Shown: positions 21,203 through 28,290 of the stretch, piece after piece
Position numbering within the stretch: the stretch's first letter is position 1
Layout of the letters: every line of letters starts with the position of its first letter
Virus record (IMG/VR): IMGVR_UViG_3300040789_000013
Reading direction: 5' to 3' (one strand)
Length of the DNA stretch: 38,758 nucleotides
Source of the DNA: a virus
Notes under the pieces: generated by a model
The model's input: the letters and a program-made list of their open reading frames with translations, nothing else
The model's database searches: none
Told to the model about the DNA's origin: nothing
Translations under genes and position numbers: made by a program

Positions 21203-23983
21203 ATGCCAACAGTAAACATTAAATCAGCTCCCGACTCTACCCCTTGCGGAGACGGCACATATTCGATGATTAGCTTTAAGCTAATCGACACTACTCACGG
21301 TGTAGTCGGGTACTCTTTTAATGGTGGATCTTTTAACTCAGTATCACAGGCCTCATTTTCTGATGCTAATAATAATACGGTAGCAGGAGATCCAGATATC
21401 GTCGTCGGTACTAACTACATCACTGTAGAAAACTCTATCGGAGAGGAGACTACCATTTACTTTGATATGGTGGACGCTTGTGTCGTTGGTACCGAGGATA
21501 GTGCTGAGCGTGCGGCCGAGCTCGAGGGTGAGGAGAGTACAGAGGTACCGTATATAAAGACTCAGCAGGGAGAGCTCACGATGACGACTACCTCGGAGGA
21601 TGTGACAATTAATGAAGTCACTGATCTCACTAAAGCATTTATCCTCATCAGCCAGCGCGGACAGGATACGGTCGGAGATCAAGATATGGACGAGATCCAT
21701 GTTACTGCTGAGTTTGTTAACGGGACCACGATCCGGATCAAGCGTCACAATACTGCTGAGGATTGTAATGTATTTTGGCAAGTCGTTGAGGCAGATCCTA
21801 ATGCTGATACGCCAGCGTTTGAGGTGGAGACTGGGGAGGTGGCTTTTACGGGATCTGATACTACTTTAAGCGAGAATATCGCGGATATTACTGATACCAG
21901 TAATGCGATTATTATCGTCCAGGCTAGAGCTACATCAGATTTTGATAATCGTACTGGTCATCTATTTTACGGTACATTTAACTCGAGCAGTCAGATCCAG
22001 CTGACTCGAGGACTATCTCCTGGACCGGTGGCAGTACGATACTGGGTCGTAAAATTTAGTGATGATATAAACGTCCAGAAAGGATCGATCGATCTTACTG
22101 GTACATCCGGAAATGATACTTTTACCGAGGTCGACGAGTCTCGGTCTATTGTGATGATCCAGTACGACTGTAACGATGAGGGTCTCTCTCAAGGATCTCC
22201 TCGAGCCTGGCTGTCTACTCCGACTGCAAACCAGATTAATTTTGCTCGCGCTGGTAAGGGTGGTAACTGTCATATCGAGTACTACGTTATCGAGTTTCCT
22301 GTCGGTGCCGCTGCTCAATATGAAGCGTCAGACTGGGGAGATCCTACGAGTGGTGATACTACGAGTATTTTTCCAGTAGATCTCGACCACACATTTATTA
22401 CGGCGAGCAATATGTGTACCGGTAGCGGGGACGCTTTTCCGCGGCCAGTTATCACGACAGCTCTTACTGATGAGAGTACGGTCACAATGACGACCAGTTA
22501 TACCGGTCAAACTAATACAGTGTCCTGGACTCTGGTAGATCTCTCCGGCTGGACGTATGAGGCAGTTAATGAGATCGGTGCTGATCGTTTTGCTGAGCTG
22601 CATGGTTTCGATACTGATGAGATTGAGCGAGATGCAGAGGCTCATGGGTCGTTAGATGAAAACATCGAGCGAGATGCTGAGCTCTTTGGTATTGCGACTG
22701 ATGACGTAGAGCGTGCGGCTGAGCTTACTGGGTTTCTTACTGATGAGGCTGAGATCGATGCTGAGGTGTTTGGTAGCATCGACGAGTCTGCTGAGCGTGC
22801 GGCTGAGCTTACTGGTACTGATGAGTCCTGGACTATTCAGCGCAATAAAGATAGCGAGGGATGGGTGACGATCGAGACCGCTCTGGTTATTGAGGAGGAT
22901 GGTGGATTATATATTTATGATGATGACAGTACGTTAGTCAGTGGCAGTCAGTACTGTTATCGAGTAAAAAATCACGTCGATGATAGTGAGTGGTCTAATG
23001 TTTCATGTGTCGACTATTTCTCCGGAGAGACTGTTACTGCTGAGCGTGCGGCTGAGCGTGCGGCTGAGCTTACTGGGTCTGAGGATACAGAGGCCGAGCG
23101 AGATGCTGAGCTCCACGGTATCGATACTGATGCGGCAGAGCGAGATGCTGAGCTGCACGGGCAGGACGAAGCGGCCGGAGAGATCGACGCTGAGACTCAT
23201 GGACAGGACACCGATGCAGCTGAGCGAGATGCTGAGCTCCACGGTATCGATACTGACTCCGGAGAGATAGACGCTGAGCTCCACGGTAAGGATACCGATG
23301 CAGCGGAGATCGATGCTGAGGTGTCTGGTACGGATGAGGCTACCGATGAGCGTGCGGCTGAGCTCCACGGTAAGGATACTGATAGTGTAGAGAGAGCGGC
23401 CGAGGCGTATGGTATCGATACCGATGCAGCAGAGCGTGCGGCCGAGCTTACTGGAGACCTTGCTAGTTACGGGATCATTAAAGCGGAAACTCACGGGCAA
23501 GATACCGCAGCTGGAGAGATCGATGCTGAGGTTACAGGATCGGTCCCGGATAGTGTAGAGAGAGCGGCCGAGGCGCATGGTATTGATACCACTGAGGCTG
23601 AGATCGATGCTGAGCTCCACGGTAAGGCTACTGATGTTGACGAACGCCAGGCCGAGACTCATGGCCAGGATGAGGCTACCGATGAACGTGCAGCTGAAAC
23701 TCATGGCCAGGATGAGGCTACCGGACAGATCGATGCCGAGACTATCGGTGCGCTCGAGGATACTGCTGAGCGTGCAGCGCAATTATCAGGACTCGAGGAG
23801 TCTGAGGCTGAGCGTGCGGCCGAGCTCGAGGGTGTAGCTGGAGCAGTCGGTGAGATCCGAGCTGAGCTACGCGGTGCGATCGGAGATCCTTACTGTCCGG
23901 ATCCTGGACCATATAGCGACAAAGCCAGTCCGTACGAAAAGGACCAGGATGTCTATAATGAGCCTCCGCGTCGTAATTGTTAG
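21203..23983 (+). CDS. large fibre-like structural protein with an FN3-like domain and about 26 acidic 14-aa repeats
   Basis: 926-aa ORF. The N-terminal 450 aa or so are beta-rich. Repeat block 1 is followed by an FN3-like segment (WTIQRNKDSEGWVTIE...YCYRVKNHVDDSEWSNVSCV), then repeat block 2 and a short Pro/Tyr-rich C-terminus. Confidence 0.7.
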   Translation: MPTVNIKSAPDSTPCGDGTYSMISFKLIDTTHGVVGYSFNGGSFNSVSQASFSDANNNTVAGDPDIVVGTNYITVENSIGEETTIYFDMVDACVVGTEDSAERAAELEGEESTEVPYIKTQQGELTMTTTSEDVTINEVTDLTKAFILISQRGQDTVGDQDMDEIHVTAEFVNGTTIRIKRHNTAEDCNVFWQVVEADPNADTPAFEVETGEVAFTGSDTTLSENIADITDTSNAIIIVQARATSDFDNRTGHLFYGTFNSSSQIQLTRGLSPGPVAVRYWVVKFSDDINVQKGSIDLTGTSGNDTFTEVDESRSIVMIQYDCNDEGLSQGSPRAWLSTPTANQINFARAGKGGNCHIEYYVIEFPVGAAAQYEASDWGDPTSGDTTSIFPVDLDHTFITASNMCTGSGDAFPRPVITTALTDESTVTMTTSYTGQTNTVSWTLVDLSGWTYEAVNEIGADRFAELHGFDTDEIERDAEAHGSLDENIERDAELFGIATDDVERAAELTGFLTDEAEIDAEVFGSIDESAERAAELTGTDESWTIQRNKDSEGWVTIETALVIEEDGGLYIYDDDSTLVSGSQYCYRVKNHVDDSEWSNVSCVDYFSGETVTAERAAERAAELTGSEDTEAERDAELHGIDTDAAERDAELHGQDEAAGEIDAETHGQDTDAAERDAELHGIDTDSGEIDAELHGKDTDAAEIDAEVSGTDEATDERAAELHGKDTDSVERAAEAYGIDTDAAERAAELTGDLASYGIIKAETHGQDTAAGEIDAEVTGSVPDSVERAAEAHGIDTTEAEIDAELHGKATDVDERQAETHGQDEATDERAAETHGQDEATGQIDAETIGALEDTAERAAQLSGLEESEAERAAELEGVAGAVGEIRAELRGAIGDPYCPDPGPYSDKASPYEKDQDVYNEPPRRNC
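22583..22816 (+). repeat. in-frame 42-nt tandem repeat, block 1 (about 6 units)
   Basis: DRFAELHG FDTDEI / ERDAEAHG SLDENI / ERDAELFG IATDDV / ERAAELTG FLTDEA / EIDAEVFG SIDESA / ERAAELTG. Confidence 0.8.
23039..23875 (+). repeat. in-frame 42-nt tandem repeat, block 2 (about 20 units)
   Basis: The unit is an 8-aa core E[RI][DA]AE[LTV][HTS]G plus a 6-aa acidic linker (for example IDTDAA). I counted 20 consecutive units by eye, from ERAAELTG to EIRAELRG. Confidence 0.85.
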
Positions 23984-23992
23984 TGATATACT
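23984..23992 (+). promoter_or_regulatory. extended -10-like box TGATATACT, 8 nt upstream of ATG 24001
   Basis: It shows leaderless-type spacing. Confidence 0.4.
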
Positions 23993-24000
23993 ATAAACAT

Positions 24001-24633
24001 ATGGCAGCTAAAGGGTACACAAGTGAGGAGAATATCGAGAGCTATGGTCTAGTCGACATCGCTGGATCTTTCTCAAACCAGATCGACGGATGGATCGAGG
24101 GTGTAGAGGGTATTATCGACGATATCACTGGTCGTAATTTCATCGCTGACGAGGAGGCCAGTCCTCGCCTGTTCGATGGTCCAGGATCTAAAAAACTCAT
24201 CATTGACGATGCAGTCGAGATTACTAAGCTGGAAATCGGACTCGATGATTATGGCGGCAATTTCCAGGAGATCCTCGCCAGTGGCGTTAACCGCTACTTT
24301 ACTCTGCCGGCAAACGGTATGGATAATGCTGGTAAGCCGGTGCCGTTTACAGCACTCCAGCTCCGAGCTCACTTTTTCCAGTCTGGTATGCAAAATCAGC
24401 GAGTGACTGCTAAGTGGGGATACTCAGTCGATGTACCTAAAGAGATCGAGTTTGCCGCTACCGTGTTTGCGTTCGGTATCGTTAACCAGCAGCGTCAGTC
24501 TGGCCAGAGCGTTAAATCTGAAAAGATCGGAAACTACGCCGTAACCTATAACAGTGATAATGGTAAAGACTCCTGGGGTGACTTTGAGCGAGCTCTAGCG
24601 ATTCTGGATAAATATAAACGGTATTACTTCTAG
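24001..24633 (+). CDS. head-tail connector (gp6-like) protein, putative
   Basis: The N-terminal pattern ...IEGVEGIIDDITGRNF... resembles gp6-like connectors, and it comes first in the head-tail joining block. The start is set at ATG 24001; the TTG at 23977 overlaps the promoter-like box. Confidence 0.5.
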   Translation: MAAKGYTSEENIESYGLVDIAGSFSNQIDGWIEGVEGIIDDITGRNFIADEEASPRLFDGPGSKKLIIDDAVEITKLEIGLDDYGGNFQEILASGVNRYFTLPANGMDNAGKPVPFTALQLRAHFFQSGMQNQRVTAKWGYSVDVPKEIEFAATVFAFGIVNQQRQSGQSVKSEKIGNYAVTYNSDNGKDSWGDFERALAILDKYKRYYF

Positions 24634-24636
24634 CCT

Positions 24637-24957
24637 ATGTCTACAATCAGCAGACTATTTACGACTACGTTTTCTATCTCTCGGATGCAGTGGTCCGGTA
24701 ACGAAGCCGAAGAGCAGTCAGCCGGTTCTTTTGTAGGTCATATCCAGCAAGCGAAACCGGAGACTGCTGAGACAATCGGAGAGACCTGGAGCCAGGTGTT
24801 TACTGTCTGGTGTCCAGTCGGTACAAGCGTCCAGGAGGGAGATAAGGTGGTAGTCTCTACTGGAGCATATGCAGAAACGTATTACGTTCGACAGATAATG
24901 AAAAATGCTGTCGGTATTAACCAGCATCTCGAGCTGGTTCTAAGTCTTAAAAAATGA
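24637..24957 (+). CDS. head closure / head-tail adaptor protein, putative
   Basis: 106 aa. Size and position are typical; there is no strong motif. Confidence 0.45.
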   Translation: MSTISRLFTTTFSISRMQWSGNEAEEQSAGSFVGHIQQAKPETAETIGETWSQVFTVWCPVGTSVQEGDKVVVSTGAYAETYYVRQIMKNAVGINQHLELVLSLKK

Positions 24958-25517
24958 CCCGGATATATACAGCGGTCCTGCTGGTACTGGCAATACTCGC
25001 AGCGACTCTCATACTTATTACTCCATCGAGTACGACCTATCAGCAGCCGGAAGCAACTCCTCCGGATGACGACGGTCCGATACCTATGGCTCCTTTCGAG
25101 CCGATGATACTCGCTACGAGTACTATCGAAATCGAGGAGCCGTTACCTTTACCGAAAAAGCTACCTCCTGGAGTGAACTGCCTGGAGGACTGTCCTTTAA
25201 TCGTTCCGGATGTAGAGGCAGTAGTTCGTGACCATTTTAGGGATAATCCTATTATGGTCGAGATAGCTCGCTGCGAGTCTACTTTTAAGCACTGGGATAC
25301 AGATGGTAGCGTTTTAATGAACCGACAGGGGAGCTCAGCTACTGGAGTGATGCAACTTATGGCGTCGTACCACGCTCGTCCAGCCGAGAAAATGGGTCTC
25401 GATATTACTGACCTCGAGGGTAATCTAGCGTATGCTGAGTATTTATATGACCGTCAGGGTACTACTCCCTGGAACGCCTCTCGAAACTGCTGGGGGAGTG
25501 CTTTAGCCCTTATTTAG
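24954..25517 (+). CDS. membrane-anchored lysozyme-like / lytic transglycosylase domain protein
   Basis: It has an N-terminal TM helix (IYTAVLLVLAILAATLILI) and a Pro-rich linker. The C-terminal segment ARCESTFKHWDTDGSVLMNRQGSSATGVMQLM...AYAEYLY...TPWNAS shows an E-S catalytic motif and a G.MQ motif, as in SLT/Rpf-like folds. Confidence 0.6.
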   Translation: MTRIYTAVLLVLAILAATLILITPSSTTYQQPEATPPDDDGPIPMAPFEPMILATSTIEIEEPLPLPKKLPPGVNCLEDCPLIVPDVEAVVRDHFRDNPIMVEIARCESTFKHWDTDGSVLMNRQGSSATGVMQLMASYHARPAEKMGLDITDLEGNLAYAEYLYDRQGTTPWNASRNCWGSALALI

Positions 25518-25543
25518 AGCCATATCTCGTTAAATACAATCGA

Positions 25544-25615
25544 CTCCCCCACTCTTCGATATGTCTCTCTTTCCAGGCTGAGAGTGCGAAATCGTATAGG
25601 TATGCAGTGGGGGAG
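25544..25615 (+). other. long-range hairpin in the 119-nt gap after the transglycosylase gene
   Basis: CTCCCCCACT (25544..25553) pairs perfectly with AGTGGGGGAG (25606..25615), enclosing a 52-nt loop. Function is unknown. Confidence 0.4.
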
Positions 25616-25636
25616 AGGGCAGTGTATACTTAACCT

Positions 25637-26068
25637 ATGGCAGATGCTGAAGTAAGAGTTATCGGGATTAAAGAAATCCGAGCAGCGATTAAACGAAACC
25701 CTCGAAAGGTCCGGGAGGAGGGTGGTAAGTTCCTCGTGCGAGCAATGGCTAAGTATAAGTCCGGCATCATTAATAATCCCTGGACTGTAAATAGTAAGGG
25801 CGGTGGTGCTCCAGTCGATACGCACAATCTTCGGGATACTCATAAGACCCAGATTCAGGGTCTCACTGGTATTATCGGTCCGGATGAGCAAGCTGCTCCA
25901 TACGCTAAATATGTCCACGGTAATAAAAAGACCCCGGTTAAGGTGAAAGGAACTCGGAACTTTAAGACTCGTCCGTGGCTCGATTATGTGTATAAGCAGA
26001 AAGATGCGGAGGTCGAAGAGCTATATCGTGATATGCTTAGTGTAATAACAAAAGACTTAGCTGCTTAG
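25637..26068 (+). CDS. HK97 gp10-like tail completion / neck protein
   Basis: ...APVDTHNLRDTHKTQIQ...GPDEQAAPYAKYVHG fits the gp10-family pattern (aPvdTG.LR.s......YA.yvE.G). It is preferred over the antisense ORF 25514..25918. Confidence 0.6.
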   Translation: MADAEVRVIGIKEIRAAIKRNPRKVREEGGKFLVRAMAKYKSGIINNPWTVNSKGGGAPVDTHNLRDTHKTQIQGLTGIIGPDEQAAPYAKYVHGNKKTPVKVKGTRNFKTRPWLDYVYKQKDAEVEELYRDMLSVITKDLAA

Positions 26069-26069
26069 T

Positions 26070-26498
26070 ATGTACCAGACACTTATAGCAAAAATTAAGA
26101 CGACTCTACAGAACACGACCGGCGTGGCTTCTTTCGGTAACGTGCCAGGAGAAGAGATAACGAAATACCCTCACGTATTTTTTAAACCGGCTGGATTTAT
26201 TAATCAGTTCGAGACAAACGAAGAGAACTATATTACCTACAATTTTCTTATGGTAGTGATGGTTACTACTGAGGGTGTCGGTGGTAGTAACGCTAAAGCG
26301 TTTGACGAAGTACTCCCCTCTGTTATCGATAACATTATCCAGCGTTTTAATGCTGACTGGGACCAGGGTACTATCGACGGACATCGAGTAACGACACTTA
26401 TCGACTCAGCTGACGCCTGGGAGCTCTCTGAGGAGGAGAAAGGTATGGTAGCTTATGCTCCCCTTTCTGTTCAAATTAAGCTGCTGACAAGTAACTAG
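26070..26498 (+). CDS. tail terminator / tail completion protein, putative
   Basis: 142 aa, immediately upstream of the major tail gene. The call rests on position only. Confidence 0.45.
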   Translation: MYQTLIAKIKTTLQNTTGVASFGNVPGEEITKYPHVFFKPAGFINQFETNEENYITYNFLMVVMVTTEGVGGSNAKAFDEVLPSVIDNIIQRFNADWDQGTIDGHRVTTLIDSADAWELSEEEKGMVAYAPLSVQIKLLTSN

Positions 26499-26501
26499 GT
26501 A

Positions 26502-26510
26502 TGCTATTAT
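26502..26510 (+). promoter_or_regulatory. extended -10-like box TGCTATTAT upstream of the major tail gene (leader of about 34 nt)
   Basis: It matches TGnTATTAT. GGAG lies at about 26523 in the leader. Confidence 0.35.
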
Positions 26511-26544
26511 AAATACATTAATGGAGTTAGTAAATTAATCGCTT

Positions 26545-27534
26545 ATGGAAATTATTGGACGAGAAATAGAGTTCGGAGTCGCTGTCGAGGAGACTCGTGG
26601 AACTGCTGAGACTACCGCTGACAAGTGGGGTCGTAAAGTAAATGCAAACGTCGTCGAGCGTGCTCTCCACGCTGTCGATGAAACTACTCGAGGAGTTCTC
26701 GAGGAAGGAGAGGGACGTCGAGTCGTCCAGCGTTTTGTCGAGGGAGACGTCGAGGGTATCCTCCACGCTGATATGCTCGGATATCTTCTGGCTAACCTAT
26801 ACGGTCTAGCTGTTACTACTGAGGTCGAAGCTGGAGAAGTATACAGTCACGTATTTAATCTCCGACAGAATATCCAGCATCAAGCTCTGACACTGTTCGC
26901 TAAAGATGGAGCTGTCCAGCAGCATACGTTCTCGAACGCTATGCTCTCGACTCTGGAAATCTCAGCTAGTATCGACGACTATGTTCGATTCTCTGCTGCT
27001 TTCATCGCTGCCGTCGCTGCTACTAACTCCGACACTCCTAGCTATGATACTGAGTACGACTGGATAGCTCGTGACATCGAAGTTAAACTGGCTGAGTCAG
27101 AAGCCGGTCTCTCTGGAGCTTCAGCTGTTAAGGCGAAAGACCTTTCTATCACGTTTGACCAGGGAGTCATCCGAGACCACGTAGTCGGTTCTCGAAATCC
27201 AGACGACCTTTATAACTCGAAGATGATGATAGAGGGTACGATGACTCTTAACTTCACTGACGAAGTATTTAAGGACTACTACCTCGGAGACGATGACCTC
27301 TATATGAGCATCACTCTCACCGGTGAGGCTGACCTCACTAACGGAGAAAATCCTACTCTCGAAGTGCTACTGCATAAAGTACAGTTTGGAGAGTGGAACC
27401 GCTCAGGTGGAGCAAACGACCTAGTAACTCAGGAAGTACAGTTCCGAGCGTTCTACAATGCTTCTGACCAGAAGCAGTCTCAGATAACTCTACAGAATAA
27501 AACTGCTGAGTATCCACACGTACCGACGAGCTAA
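26545..27534 (+). CDS. major tail (tube) protein, putative
   Basis: 329 aa. It lies between a tail-terminator-like gene and the frameshifting chaperone pair. It has its own promoter-like box and a strong terminator, consistent with high expression. Confidence 0.55.
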   Translation: MEIIGREIEFGVAVEETRGTAETTADKWGRKVNANVVERALHAVDETTRGVLEEGEGRRVVQRFVEGDVEGILHADMLGYLLANLYGLAVTTEVEAGEVYSHVFNLRQNIQHQALTLFAKDGAVQQHTFSNAMLSTLEISASIDDYVRFSAAFIAAVAATNSDTPSYDTEYDWIARDIEVKLAESEAGLSGASAVKAKDLSITFDQGVIRDHVVGSRNPDDLYNSKMMIEGTMTLNFTDEVFKDYYLGDDDLYMSITLTGEADLTNGENPTLEVLLHKVQFGEWNRSGGANDLVTQEVQFRAFYNASDQKQSQITLQNKTAEYPHVPTS

Positions 27535-27556
27535 GTTCGCTACGATATACACAGAT

Positions 27557-27579
27557 AACCGCTCTATAGCGGTTTTTTG
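27557..27579 (+). terminator. rho-independent terminator after the major tail gene
   Basis: The stem is AACCGCT / AGCGGTT with loop CTAT, followed by TTTT. Confidence 0.7.
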
Positions 27580-27586
27580 TGTAGTA

Positions 27587-27595
27587 TGATAAAGT
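27587..27595 (+). promoter_or_regulatory. extended -10-like box TGATAAAGT, 8 nt upstream of ATG 27604
   Basis: It shows leaderless-type spacing after the terminator. Confidence 0.35.
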
Positions 27596-27603
27596 GTAAT
27601 CAT

Positions 27604-27819
27604 ATGGATAAGAAATCACCAGAAGAGACGGCAGAAGCCATTACTGAGTGGGGTAAGAAAATGACGTGGGGAGTGACTCTTCCGATTTTTCTCTTCGTGC
27701 TCGGTATCTTCACAATGCCGGTCGGACTGCTATTCTGGATTCTGGGTCTCATTATGTTTTTAACAACCTTTAGTAAATCAATAGAAAACTATGCCAGTAC
27801 TCAAAAAGAGAGAGACTAA
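27604..27819 (+). CDS. small membrane protein (two predicted TM helices)
   Basis: MDKKSPEETAEAITEWGKKMTWGVTLPIFLFVLGIFTMPVGLLFWILGLIMFLTTF... The start is set at ATG 27604 rather than the TTG at 27577. Confidence 0.45.
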   Translation: MDKKSPEETAEAITEWGKKMTWGVTLPIFLFVLGIFTMPVGLLFWILGLIMFLTTFSKSIENYASTQKERD

Positions 27820-28114
27820 GACAGTCAAATTAATCACCATCCCAGACGCTGAGGTAGAGATATACACCAGTATTACAGCGGATGATGCTCAGAAGCTAAA
27901 TAAGCTGACCGCTGAGGGTAAGCATATCGTGGGTCCACTAACCTTTCTGATTAAGGACTGGAACCTCACAAACGAAGAGGGTACTAAGCTAAAAATTACC
28001 GAGGGTAATATCGGTCTTTTGGACCTCCGAGACGTGGAGCATATTGCAGATGAGTCTGGTATTTCCGACGGAAGTTTTTTAGCAAAACGGCAGACCGAAA
28101 CTGGCTCAGAGTAA
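27791..28114 (+). CDS. tail assembly chaperone (gpG-like)
   Basis: It lies immediately upstream of the tape measure gene and contains a slippery heptamer near its 3' end, with an open -1 frame beyond it. Confidence 0.65.
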   Translation: MPVLKKRETKTVKLITIPDAEVEIYTSITADDAQKLNKLTAEGKHIVGPLTFLIKDWNLTNEEGTKLKITEGNIGLLDLRDVEHIADESGISDGSFLAKRQTETGSE

Positions 28115-28290
28115 AAGCTCGAGTCTGTCGTGAGTTCGGGTGGACCGAAGCTGAGTTCGACCAGGGCAATACCTGGGATTTTATAGACGTTATACTGGAG
28201 ATGATGGAGGAAGAAGCTAAACAAAATGCTAGAATAAAAGCATATGGCGGAAAGTCGAAAGCTGAACATCATCCTCGACCTCGTAAATAA
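27791..28290 (+). CDS. tail assembly chaperone frameshift product (gpGT-like; -1 shift at 28075..28081)
   Basis: The -1 frame extension reads FFSKTADRNWLRVKARVCREFGWTEAEFDQGNTWDFIDVILEMMEEEAKQNARIKAYGGKSKAEHHPRPRK. It has a gpT-like character and ends inside the start of the tape measure gene. Confidence 0.55.
28075..28081 (+). promoter_or_regulatory. -1 programmed frameshift slippery heptamer T TTT TTA
   Basis: The zero-frame codons are AGT TTT TTA, an X XXY YYZ pattern. The -1 frame stays open from here to the TAA at 28288..28290. Confidence 0.65.

Noticed and set aside
23003-23782. 259-aa ORF on the - strand, plus several + strand alternative-frame ORFs (22980..23270, 23577..23837, 21612..21869 and others), across the repeat region
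   Set aside because: They are shadow ORFs created by the stop-free 42-nt periodic repeat. Their products are Ser/Leu/Ile/Arg low complexity. They lie entirely inside the 926-aa structural gene, whose frame carries coherent domains.
23039-23875. Regular 42-nt periodicity that superficially resembles a CRISPR array
   Set aside because: The period is exactly 14 codons and in frame within a long ORF. There is no alternation of invariant repeats with unique spacers, because the whole unit is degenerate. I see no leader and no cas genes anywhere in the window.
25514-25918. 134-aa - strand ORF covering the 25518..25636 gap and the start of the gp10-like gene
   Set aside because: The + strand ORF 25637..26068 carries a recognisable gp10-family pattern and fits the unidirectional late operon. 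The - strand product has no recognisable features and would collide with that gene. I cannot completely exclude a short - strand peptide in the gap.
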